A stretch of DNA of 32,000 bases, from positions 30,001-62,000 of the forward strand of contig JBAZRV010000003.1 in assembly GCA_041662745.1 (NCBI GenBank), written 5' to 3'. The translations under genes and the position numbers were made by a program. Within the stretch, counting starts at the first letter, position 1; every line of letters begins with the position of its first letter. The notes beneath the pieces are model-generated. The model made no database searches. It saw only the letters and a program-made list of their open reading frames with translations, and was not told where the DNA came from. Of the stretch, positions 1 to 7,705 are shown in pieces. This DNA comes from Patescibacteria group bacterium. GTDB taxonomy: Bacteria > Patescibacteriota > Patescibacteriia > 2-01-FULL-39-33.

Positions 1-2025
1 GATTACGCTAAAGATCTTAACGAGGAACAATACAAGGTCGTAACCGATGGCTACGGGCCTTGTTTAGTTTTGGCCGGCGCCGGTTCAGGCAAAACTCGGA
101 CTTTGGTTTATCGCGTAGTTTATTTGTTGGAACAGGGCGTGCCCGCGTCCAATATCATGCTGGTAACCTTCACCAACAAGGCGGCCAAGGAAATGCTGGA
201 ACGAATTGAGGTGCTATTGCACGGCGAAGCCAAGGGCTTGTGGGGCGGCACTTTTCATCATTTGGGCAACCGGTTGTTGCGGCTGTACGGCGAGCGCATT
301 AATATCGCTAATAATTTTACGATTTTAGACGAAGAGGATTCTTTGACCTTGCTTAAGAATTGTTTGAGCCGCAGTAATCCTCCGGAAGACAAATATTTTC
401 CCAAGGCCAAGATTATCCGCTCCATAATCTCTTTGTCGCAGAACTTGTGCCAGCCCATCCGCCAGGTCATTGCCGAGCGCTATGATTATTTTAAGGATAA
501 TTATTTGCCGTGCATTTTGGAGACGGCTGATTTATATAGGGAGCGCAAAGCTCAGATTAATGCGTTGGATTTTGACGACCTCCTGATCAAATGGAACGAA
601 CTGCTGGAACAAGCGCCGGAAATAAAAAAGCGTTTGGGCGAAAAGTTCGTCTACATCCTGATTGACGAATTCCAGGACACTAACGCTTTGCAATCCAAGA
701 TTATCGCTAATCTGGCCCAGCCCCAGCGCAATATTTTGGCGGTCGGCGATGATGCCCAAAGCATCTATGGTTTTCGGGGCGCCGATGTCAATCATATTTT
801 GGATTTTCCTCGGCAATTTCTTGACGCTAAGATCTTAAGATTGGAAACCAACTATCGCTCCACGCCGGAAATTCTGGCGCTCGCCGATACTTCCATTAAC
901 CGCAATGAAGCCAAGTTTGAAAAGCATCTTAAAGCGATCAGGGGCAAGGGCGCCAAACCGGCCGTGGCGGCCTTGACTGACAATTATCAGCAGGCCGAGT
1001 TTGTTTGCCAGAGGCTTTTGGATTTGCAGCGCGAAGATGGCTTGGCGCTGAATGAAATCGCCGTGCTGTTCCGATCGCACTTCCAGTGTTTGGAATTGGA
1101 AATGGAGTTAAACAAGCGGAATATTCCTTATCAGATGCGCGGAGGTTTGCGGTTTTTTGAACAGGCGCATTTAAAAGATATTCTGGCTTATTTGAAAATC
1201 CTGGCCAATTTTCGCGATGAGGTTTCCTGGTTGCGATTGCTTGGCATGCAAAGCGGCATCGGCGAGATGACCGCAGAAAAGATTTGGCGCCAGGCCGCGA
1301 TGTTGGGCGATGTGGGCAAGTTATTGGATTATAGGTTGGAGCTCGGTTCCAAAGCTGCGGCCGGCTGGTCCGCCTTGAAACGCATCTTGGAAAAAATCGC
1401 GAAGATAGACAAAAACGATTTATCCGCGCTGGTAACGGCGATTATTGATTTCGGTTATGAAAAATATTTGCAGGCCAATTATGAAAACTTTCAGGATCGT
1501 TTGGATGATTTAACCCAATTAGTGGAGTTTGTTAAATCTTACGACAGTCTGGAAAGATTTTTGGCGGATACGGCGCTGTCGGAAAATTTTCAGGGCGGAT
1601 CGCGTACCGAGGAGAGGGGAGCGAATGGTGAGCAATTAATTTTGTCTACTATCCATCAGGCCAAGGGCCTGGAGTGGCGGGCAGTGTTTGTAATCGGCTT
1701 GGCGGAGGGCATGTTTCCGCACGCCAAAGTTTATGACAAGCCGGAGGAATTGGAGGAGGAACGGCGATTATTTTATGTGGCTTGCACTCGCGCCAAGGAC
1801 CAGTTGTATTTGAGTTATCCGCTATTCGGCCGCGACAGCATGTTGCATCCGTCGCAGTTTATTAGGGAATTGCCGAGCAAATTATATGATCGCTGGGATG
1901 TGGAAGCGGGCGAGGACGAGGTGATTTATGTGGACGAAGAAGGGGAGCGCGCCCCCGATTCCGGCAAACGGAAGGGTATTTTGGATTTTGATCCGGAATT
2001 GGAGATTGAGGAGTCGGATTATTAA
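1..2025 (+). CDS. UvrD/PcrA-family SF1 ATP-dependent DNA helicase, with the 5' end outside the window
   Basis: Frame 1 is open from base 1 (DYAKDLNEEQ...). It carries Walker A GAGSGKT plus the SF1 motifs LIDEFQDTN, ETNYRST, TIHQAKGLEW and FYVACTRAK. The stop is at 2025. Confidence 0.92.
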   Translation, partial: DYAKDLNEEQYKVVTDGYGPCLVLAGAGSGKTRTLVYRVVYLLEQGVPASNIMLVTFTNKAAKEMLERIEVLLHGEAKGLWGGTFHHLGNRLLRLYGERINIANNFTILDEEDSLTLLKNCLSRSNPPEDKYFPKAKIIRSIISLSQNLCQPIRQVIAERYDYFKDNYLPCILETADLYRERKAQINALDFDDLLIKWNELLEQAPEIKKRLGEKFVYILIDEFQDTNALQSKIIANLAQPQRNILAVGDDAQSIYGFRGADVNHILDFPRQFLDAKILRLETNYRSTPEILALADTSINRNEAKFEKHLKAIRGKGAKPAVAALTDNYQQAEFVCQRLLDLQREDGLALNEIAVLFRSHFQCLELEMELNKRNIPYQMRGGLRFFEQAHLKDILAYLKILANFRDEVSWLRLLGMQSGIGEMTAEKIWRQAAMLGDVGKLLDYRLELGSKAAAGWSALKRILEKIAKIDKNDLSALVTAIIDFGYEKYLQANYENFQDRLDDLTQLVEFVKSYDSLERFLADTALSENFQGGSRTEERGANGEQLILSTIHQAKGLEWRAVFVIGLAEGMFPHAKVYDKPEELEEERRLFYVACTRAKDQLYLSYPLFGRDSMLHPSQFIRELPSKLYDRWDVEAGEDEVIYVDEEGERAPDSGKRKGILDFDPELEIEESDY

Positions 2026-2037
2026 TTTCGTCGGCTA

Positions 2038-2066
2038 TTGACAAAATACATCATGTTTCTTATTAT
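2038..2066 (+). promoter_or_regulatory. sigma70-like promoter for the 2134 ORF
   Basis: TTGACA (2038-2043), a 17-nt spacer, then TATTAT (2061-2066). Confidence 0.55.
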
Positions 2067-2133
2067 ATTTGCATAATGCGAATCGTATTATGTAATCTTG
2101 AAAGGCTGGTAACCGAAATGAAAGGAGGCCGTG

Positions 2134-2520
2134 ATGCCCGCTTCTAAGAGCCCTGATCATAGTAAAAGCAGTCAGAAAACACTCAAACCCATTGAGGTGA
2201 GTTTTTCCACCGGTCGAGAGATGAGTGATTCAAAATATGCGATGCGCATTTATGCGGAAAGAGGCACAAAAGACGTTCCTTTTTTAAATTTAATCAAACG
2301 CGCCGTTGAAAATTTTTATTATGGCCGTTTCTATCAAGGCTTTAATAATAATCCGATACAGATTGATGCTTCAAAAGCCGAAGTAATCAAAAATATACGC
2401 GTTACTCTTTATACCCGTAATCCGTATGATGGTGGTTGCGATTTTTATCACTTGGTTCCTTGCCTTGATCCCGTAGACGGACATAGCGATAAAGTCATGC
2501 TTTGTTATCGTCGGAGATAA
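2134..2520 (+). CDS. Hypothetical protein of 128 aa with no recognisable family
   Basis: An ATG lies 5 nt after the SD AAGGAGG (2122-2128); the track's GTG at 2131 is too close to the SD. The gene has its own promoter and terminator. Confidence 0.6.
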   Translation: MPASKSPDHSKSSQKTLKPIEVSFSTGREMSDSKYAMRIYAERGTKDVPFLNLIKRAVENFYYGRFYQGFNNNPIQIDASKAEVIKNIRVTLYTRNPYDGGCDFYHLVPCLDPVDGHSDKVMLCYRRR

Positions 2521-2569
2521 CATCGGATAGATTATCTGTCGTCAATTCATCATTTTTATTCGTTCCAAT

Positions 2570-2599
2570 CCCGCAATACAATAAGTTGCGGTTTTTTTC
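2570..2599 (+). terminator. Rho-independent terminator
   Basis: Stem cccgcaa (2570-2576) pairs with ttgcgg (2586-2591), followed by a run of seven T. Confidence 0.7.
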
Positions 2600-2610
2600 T
2601 TGGCAATAAT

Positions 2611-2636
2611 AAAAGCCACGGCTTATAGTCGTGGCT
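2611..2636 (-). terminator. Terminator hairpin for the convergent minus-strand gene
   Basis: Stem agccacg (2614-2620) pairs with cgtggct (2630-2636). The plus-strand AAAA at 2611-2614 gives a U-tract on the minus strand. Confidence 0.55.
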
Positions 2637-2644
2637 GATTTTGT

Positions 2645-3499
2645 TCAGGCGCTTATGGCATAAAAATCTTCTCGCGCCTTGAAATATTCTTCTCTCTCTT
2701 TGGGATTAGCAAACCACTGATCGGAGGGGTGGGGACTGAAAAAAGGCGCTTGCATTATACTTTGAGTCGGGTCCAGCAGATCTTCGTAAGGTAAAGAACG
2801 ATTACGCAAATCCTTGATCGCTCCCAGCAACTTTTTTATAATGGCCGCAATCTTTAATTTTTTGCCTTTAGCGTCGTAGATTCTTATTTCTTGCATCGCC
2901 TGGAGTTCATCCATTATCTCTCCAGAATCAAGTCCGTCCAGATGAGTGAGTCCCAACAGTCTTTTGGCCTGCGGCAGATTGTGGCCTCTAATAACCATAA
3001 ACTGCATAAAAATAGAAAACATCACTTCCTTTGCTCCGCCGATACTATATTCCCAGCCATCCATCAAGAAATGGGATCCGGCCATTTCCGCCATGACATG
3101 ATACCACAAAGACATATAAGCGTCTTGGCTCCAGCGCCATTTTTTGGCTTCAAAAACCGACGGCGCGATAAACAGCAAATTGCGTTTAGCGCCTAAGTGA
3201 TCGGCCAGGGCCACGCCCTCAGCAATATTTGGTTGGATGATCAATTGCCAGACGCTGTCGGGGCCGCATTTGGCTATTAATTCTTTGTTTGTTTTTACTC
3301 CTTGTTCCTCCAGAACATCAAAGCATCTTTTGCCGGAGGTGATAGGCATACTGACGTAAGAAATCATTTTTCGGCGATTACCGCGAAAAGATCGATACGC
3401 GCCCATGACGGTTTGGAAGTTGGCTCTCTCTTCATCATTCATTCGTTCAAAAGACGGTTCCACCAAAGAAAAAATACTCTGTTCATCGCGCTGAGCCAT
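2645..3499 (-). CDS. Hypothetical protein of 284 aa, tentatively with a nucleoside 2-deoxyribosyltransferase-like / DUF4406-like fold
   Basis: I place the start at MAQRDEQ because GGGAGG lies 7 nt upstream on the minus strand; the track's 3589 start has no SD. The pattern YVSMPITSG ... LFIAPSVFE ... LMDGWEYSIGGAKEV resembles the GWxxSxGaxxE signature of that fold. That signature is recalled from memory and was not searched. Confidence 0.65.
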   Translation of the reverse strand: MAQRDEQSIFSLVEPSFERMNDEERANFQTVMGAYRSFRGNRRKMISYVSMPITSGKRCFDVLEEQGVKTNKELIAKCGPDSVWQLIIQPNIAEGVALADHLGAKRNLLFIAPSVFEAKKWRWSQDAYMSLWYHVMAEMAGSHFLMDGWEYSIGGAKEVMFSIFMQFMVIRGHNLPQAKRLLGLTHLDGLDSGEIMDELQAMQEIRIYDAKGKKLKIAAIIKKLLGAIKDLRNRSLPYEDLLDPTQSIMQAPFFSPHPSDQWFANPKEREEYFKAREDFYAISA

Positions 3500-3610
3500 A
3501 ACTGTTCCTCCCAAGGGTTGAGTGATATTTTTTATTTCAAGGTGCTTTTTTAATACGCCAAGCTTACCAATTGCGGGTATCTTTGTCAAATAACCAGGAC
3601 TTATCTTGAG

Positions 3611-3639
3611 TTGCTCAAAAATAAATAAAATGGTAAAAT
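3611..3639 (+). promoter_or_regulatory. Putative promoter of carS with an extended -10
   Basis: TTGCTC (3611-3616), a 17-nt spacer, then TGgTAAAAT (3631-3639). The ATG at 3648 is only 8 nt after the -10, which implies a leaderless or near-leaderless mRNA. Confidence 0.4.
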
Positions 3640-3647
3640 GCAGGCGT

Positions 3648-4196
3648 ATGTTAATGCTGATTGCCGTAACATTTTATCTGTTGCTACCCGCTTACCTGGC
3701 CAATATGGCTCCGCCGATATTCGGCCGTTTGGGGTTGCTTAAGCCGTTGGCCAAACCCATTGACGGCGGCCGCAAGTGGCGCGGGGAGTATATTTTCGGG
3801 TCGGGCAAAACTTGGCGCGGGGTTGTCGCTGCCGTGATTTTTGGCATTCTTACCGCCGGTTTGCAGGCCTGGCTTTTCAATTACCCCTCATTTGAGGGGA
3901 TTTCTCTGGTTGATTATCCGAGCGTCTGGCCGGTTTTTGGTTTTCTGGCCGGCTTGGGCGCAATCATGGGTGATTTGGCTAAGAGCTTTTTCAAGCGACG
4001 CATCGGCATCGCTTCCGGCGGCAGTTGGCCGGTGTTTGATCAGTTGGATTTTATCGCGGGATTTTTCTTGTTTACCTGGGGATACGCGGCGTTATTCTGG
4101 CAGGTTGCCGTGGCCGCTTGTTTGCTTACTTTGATACTTCATCCTTTAACCAACATCGCCGCTTACTTGTTAAAATTAAAAAAGGTTTGGTGGTAG
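3648..4196 (+). CDS. carS: CDP-archaeol synthase family protein (CarS / DUF46-like integral membrane CTP-transferase)
   Basis: LLPAYLANMAPP, PIDGG...GSGKTWRG, GDLAKSFFKRRIG...FDQLDF and a C-terminal NIAAYLLKLKKVWW align motif-for-motif with archaeal CarS as I recall it. The protein has multiple TM helices. The start at 3648 gives an N-terminus the same length as archaeal CarS. Confidence 0.85.
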   Translation: MLMLIAVTFYLLLPAYLANMAPPIFGRLGLLKPLAKPIDGGRKWRGEYIFGSGKTWRGVVAAVIFGILTAGLQAWLFNYPSFEGISLVDYPSVWPVFGFLAGLGAIMGDLAKSFFKRRIGIASGGSWPVFDQLDFIAGFFLFTWGYAALFWQVAVAACLLTLILHPLTNIAAYLLKLKKVWW

Positions 4197-4200
4197 CAAA

Positions 4201-4290
4201 TGTCATTCTGAACGAAGTGAAGAATCTAAAGTTTAAACTTGAGATCCTTCGCTTCACTCCCGCTACGCTTACGTTTCACTTAGGATGACA
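4201..4290. repeat. Palindromic MITE/REP-like repeat element (family GTCATYCT...AGGATGACA)
   Basis: tgtcattctgaacgaagtgaagaatc (4201-4226) faces gatccttcgcttcactcccgctacgcttacgtttcacttaggatgaca (4242-4290). The termini are inverted, and the right half is related to 30244-30278. Confidence 0.75.
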
Positions 4291-4321
4291 AAAAGGAAAC
4301 TGAATCTAAATTATAATTTCT

Positions 4322-5407
4322 ATGTCTATAACTCTAGTCTTACTCGCCTTGATAGTTATTTTGATCGCTGTGGTGATCGGCTTGTTTTTATTTTTTAACA
4401 GCAAATTGTCGCAATTGGCCGCGCCTCAGGACGACAAGACGGCGCTTTTGCTGTTTGAACGGCTTAAGGAATTGAATCAGACCATGGATTCCAGCATCAG
4501 GGGTTTGAATCAGACGGTGGATACCAAATTGGCGGAGTCGTCAAGGCAGATGCAGACGCAATTCGGCCAGAGCATCAGCATTATCAGGGGAGTGACCGAA
4601 AAAGTCACTGAACTGCAAGCTACCAATAAGCAAGTCATGGGTTTTTCAGAACAACTGAAGAATTTGGAAAAAGTCTTGACCAGCCAGAAACAGCGCGGCA
4701 ATTTGGGCGAAGCCGGCTTGCATTTGGTGTTGGACAATATCCTGCCGCCGACCGCCTTCAAAATCCAGTACCAGTTTGACGACGGCGACATCGTAGACGC
4801 CGCCATTTTTACCAAAGACGGCATTATTCCCGTGGATGCCAAGTTTTCCCTGGATAATTACAATCGCGTAATTAACGAAGACAACGAAGAAAAGCGCGCG
4901 GTCTATGAAAAAGAATTCAAGAACGATTTGAAGAAGCGCATTGATGAAACCAGCAAATATATCAAACCGGATAAGGGAACTTTGGATTTTGCCTTTATGT
5001 TTATTCCCGCCGAGGCTATTTATTATGATCTGCTGGTCAATGAAGTCGGCGCCATTAAAATCAATACCCGCTCGTTGATTGATTACGCTTTCAAAGAGAA
5101 AAAGGTGATCATCGTTTCACCCACGACTTTCGCCGCCTACTTGCAGACGGTTCTGCAAGGCTTGCGCGCCTTGAAAATAGAAGAAAAAACCAAGGATATC
5201 ATCAGGCGGGTGGAAATGCTGCAGAATCATGTGGCGGCTTATGACGAATATTTCAAGAAAGTCGGAAACAATCTGGCCACGACGGTTAATGCCTATAACG
5301 CGGCGGACAAGGAATTCAAAAAAATTGATAAGGATGTGGTGAAGATTACCGGCGCCGAAAGCGGTATAGATCTCTTGCAGTTGGAGGGGCCGAAGAAAGT
5401 CGATTAA
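4322..5407 (+). CDS. rmuC: DNA recombination protein RmuC
   Basis: It has an N-terminal TM helix, a coiled-coil region and then the RmuC core (GEAGLHLVLDNILP, DAAIF..IPVDAKFSLDNY, FAFMFIPAEAIY). Confidence 0.88.
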   Translation: MSITLVLLALIVILIAVVIGLFLFFNSKLSQLAAPQDDKTALLLFERLKELNQTMDSSIRGLNQTVDTKLAESSRQMQTQFGQSISIIRGVTEKVTELQATNKQVMGFSEQLKNLEKVLTSQKQRGNLGEAGLHLVLDNILPPTAFKIQYQFDDGDIVDAAIFTKDGIIPVDAKFSLDNYNRVINEDNEEKRAVYEKEFKNDLKKRIDETSKYIKPDKGTLDFAFMFIPAEAIYYDLLVNEVGAIKINTRSLIDYAFKEKKVIIVSPTTFAAYLQTVLQGLRALKIEEKTKDIIRRVEMLQNHVAAYDEYFKKVGNNLATTVNAYNAADKEFKKIDKDVVKITGAESGIDLLQLEGPKKVD

Positions 5408-5408
5408 T

Positions 5409-5894
5409 ATGAGATACCTGGAAGGAGAAGAAAAAACCACGGCCGAGAAATATATTTCCGCGGCTGCCGAAGTAGCCAAGCAAGCCACTTGTGAACGATC
5501 CAAATGCGGCACGGTAATAGTTAATAATGGGCAAATCATCGGCTCCGGTTTCAATTCACCGGCCGGAAATCTGGAGAGTCAGCGACGTTGTCAAGCGCTC
5601 AAAAGAGATTTGCATTCCAAGGTGACGGATAAAACCTGCTGCGTGCACGCCGAACAGCGGGCGATCATGGACGCCTTACGCCGCCAGCCCGACCGATTAA
5701 GCGGTGCGGTTCTGTACTTTACTCGCTTGAGCGATAACGGCGAAGCGACAGAATCGGGTCAGCCATATTGCACTCATTGCAGCAAGTTGGCTCTTGATGT
5801 CGGTATCAGCAAGTTTATCTTATGGCACAAAGAGGGAATTGGCGCTTATCCGACAGACGAATATAATTTATTGTCTTATCAATATCAAGAATAA
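5409..5894 (+). CDS. CMP/dCMP-type zinc deaminase (deoxycytidylate deaminase-like)
   Basis: The zinc-binding signature is present: CVHAEQRAI followed by PYCTHC (HAE ... PCxxC). Confidence 0.85.
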   Translation: MRYLEGEEKTTAEKYISAAAEVAKQATCERSKCGTVIVNNGQIIGSGFNSPAGNLESQRRCQALKRDLHSKVTDKTCCVHAEQRAIMDALRRQPDRLSGAVLYFTRLSDNGEATESGQPYCTHCSKLALDVGISKFILWHKEGIGAYPTDEYNLLSYQYQE

Positions 5895-5898
5895 TTTT

Positions 5899-6636
5899 AT
5901 GCCTAAAATCGCTATTATCGGCGGGTCGGGGTTGGATGATCCGCAGATCCTGTCAAACGTCACGGAAAAGATAATTGAAAATAAATACGGCCGGCTGGCC
6001 TCGCCCTTGACTGTCGGGCAAATCGCCGGCGTGGAGGTGGTGATTCTGGCTCGCCACGGCAAGGCGCACAATGTCATGCCGACCAGGATTAATTTTATGG
6101 CCAATATCCAAGCGCTGAAGGATGAAGGTTGTACGCATATTTTGGCCACAACCGCCGTCGGATCGTTGAGGGAAGAAATCAAGCCGGGTAATCTGGTTTT
6201 TCCCAATCAGTTTATTGATTTTACCCGCCATCGCAATCTGACTTATTTTACGGATCAAGTGGAGCATAAGCCCATGGCCGATCCTTATGATCCGTTGTTA
6301 CGTAGCATGCTACGTAACACTTGCGATGATTTAAGTTTTGAATATAATTACGACAAGACGGTGATTACGATTGAAGGACCCAGATTTTCCACCCGCGCCG
6401 AAAGTCACATGTTTCGCCAATGGGGAGCGGATATCATTAATATGTCCACTTGCCCGGAAGTGATTCTGGCCAACGAATTGGGCTTGCCTTACCAGACCAT
6501 CGCCATGTCCACGGATTATGATTGCTGGAAAACCGATGAAGCGCCGGTAACTTTTGAAATGGTGATGCAACGCATGGCCGAGAACGCGGAAAAGGTAAAA
6601 CAACTATTAATCAAAGTTATACCAAAAATAAAATAA
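5899..6636 (+). CDS. mtnP: S-methyl-5'-thioadenosine phosphorylase / purine nucleoside phosphorylase (MTAP family)
   Basis: The protein begins MPKIAIIGGSGL, and carries ARHGKAH, TTAVGSL and NMSTCPEV...STDYDCW. The ATG at 5899 is chosen because the track's 5794 start overlaps the deaminase gene. Confidence 0.88.
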   Translation: MPKIAIIGGSGLDDPQILSNVTEKIIENKYGRLASPLTVGQIAGVEVVILARHGKAHNVMPTRINFMANIQALKDEGCTHILATTAVGSLREEIKPGNLVFPNQFIDFTRHRNLTYFTDQVEHKPMADPYDPLLRSMLRNTCDDLSFEYNYDKTVITIEGPRFSTRAESHMFRQWGADIINMSTCPEVILANELGLPYQTIAMSTDYDCWKTDEAPVTFEMVMQRMAENAEKVKQLLIKVIPKIK

Positions 6637-6685
6637 TTACACCATTGTCAAAGTTATACCAAAAATAAAATAATTACACCATTGT
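6612..6685. repeat. Perfect 37-bp tandem duplication (2 copies)
   Basis: caaagttataccaaaaataaaataattacaccattgt occurs at 6612-6648 and again at 6649-6685. Copy 1 contains the last 8 codons and the stop of mtnP. Confidence 0.95.
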
Positions 6686-6769
6686 CATTCCTGCGAAAGC
6701 AGGAATCCAGGTTAGAAATTAAAATTTGTTAATACTTAACCTGGTTTCTTGGTCAAGCCAGGAATGACA
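6683..6769. repeat. Palindromic MITE/REP-like repeat element (GTCATTCC...GGAATGACA)
   Basis: tgtcattcctgcgaaagcaggaatccagg is followed by a ccaggtta/taacctgg hairpin and then cctggtttcttggtcaagccaggaatgaca. The right half is the reverse complement of the unit at 30074-30103. Confidence 0.8.
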
Positions 6770-6789
6770 TCTAGTTAGATTATAAATCT

Positions 6790-7317
6790 ATGCCTATTAA
6801 ATCGCGTATTCGCACGGTGGCGGACTGGCCCAAGAAAGGCGTCATGTTCCGCGACATTACTACTTTAATAAAAGACCCGGTCGGGTTGAAATTGTGTTTG
6901 GACGATTTTGCGGAAAGATACAAAGATAAGGAGGTTGATGTGATTGTCGGCATTGACAGCCGCGGCTTTATCTTGGGCGGCGCTTTGGCTTACTTGTTGG
7001 GCAAGGGGTTCGTGCCGGTGCGCAAGAAAGGCAAATTGCCGGCGGCAACGGAAAGCGAATCGTATGATCTGGAATACGGCATGGACACGATAGAAATCCA
7101 TAAAGACGCCATTGCGTCCGGCCAGAAAGTAGTGATTATTGATGATCTGATCGCCACCGGCGGCACGGCTCTGGCCGCTTCCAAATTAGTAAAAAAGTTA
7201 GGCGGAGAAATAAATGAGTTGGCATTTATTGTGGATTTGCCGGATTTGGGCGGTGGCAAGAAACTGACCGGTGCCGGGCTTAAATATTACGCTCAGACCG
7301 AGTTTGCCGGGGAGTAG
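6790..7317 (+). CDS. apt: Adenine phosphoribosyltransferase
   Basis: The PRPP-binding motif VVIIDDLIATGGT is present, and the overall APRT length and pattern fit. Confidence 0.93.
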   Translation: MPIKSRIRTVADWPKKGVMFRDITTLIKDPVGLKLCLDDFAERYKDKEVDVIVGIDSRGFILGGALAYLLGKGFVPVRKKGKLPAATESESYDLEYGMDTIEIHKDAIASGQKVVIIDDLIATGGTALAASKLVKKLGGEINELAFIVDLPDLGGGKKLTGAGLKYYAQTEFAGE

Positions 7318-7318
7318 C

Positions 7319-7347
7319 TTGATTTTTTTCTAGTTTTACGATATTAT
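7319..7347 (+). promoter_or_regulatory. sigma70-like promoter
   Basis: TTGATT (7319-7324), a 17-nt spacer, then TATTAT (7342-7347). Confidence 0.5.
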
Positions 7348-7444
7348 GATATGAACTTTAACTTATTAACAATAGTTAATCAAAGTTAGGATATAGGATA
7401 GTAAAACATAACAACAGACGAAAACAGAAAGAGAGGATAAAGCC

Positions 7445-7636
7445 ATGGCCCTGTGTATTACTTGTAGCGGAGACATCCGCGGATCAAAACGCGCGAAAGG
7501 CGGATGTACTGCGCCGAGTTGCAATAACGTGACTGCTTATGCCGATTATCGTTATTGCCCGCACTGCGCCGAGGAATTGGGCCGTTGCGAATGTTGCGGG
7601 AAAAGGCAAGAAAAACAGCACCAGATTGAAGATTAG
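7445..7636 (+). CDS. Cys-rich miniprotein of 63 aa with 9 Cys (zinc-ribbon-like)
   Basis: The SD-like AGAGAGGA lies upstream. The sequence includes CITC ... C..PSC ... YRYCPHCAEE ... CECC. The gene has its own terminator. Confidence 0.65.
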   Translation: MALCITCSGDIRGSKRAKGGCTAPSCNNVTAYADYRYCPHCAEELGRCECCGKRQEKQHQIED

Positions 7637-7642
7637 AACGCC

Positions 7643-7680
7643 AAAGGCGGACACGAGTTGTCCGCTTTTATTTTTGTTTT
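7643..7680 (+). terminator. Rho-independent terminator
   Basis: Stem gcggaca (7647-7653) pairs with tgtccgc (7659-7665) across a 5-nt loop, followed by TTTTATTTTTGTTTT. Confidence 0.8.
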
Positions 7681-7686
7681 GGTTTG

Positions 7687-7695
7687 TGTTATAAT
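7687..7695 (+). promoter_or_regulatory. Extended -10 element TGTTATAAT upstream of hydB
   Basis: This is an exact TGnTATAAT. The same 9-mer recurs at 20861 and 29589. The hydB ATG lies only 10 nt downstream. Confidence 0.45.
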
Positions 7696-7705
7696 ATTAT
7701 TAATT

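Noticed and set aside
5794-5898. Longer track starts for several genes: mtnP at 5794, the HD gene at 18779, eno at 19490, gpmI-1 at 20880, hydB at 7658 and carS at 3606.
   Set aside because: The extensions overlap upstream genes or run through terminator hairpins and promoters. They also add residues that homologous families lack. Internal ATGs that match the family N-termini were used instead.
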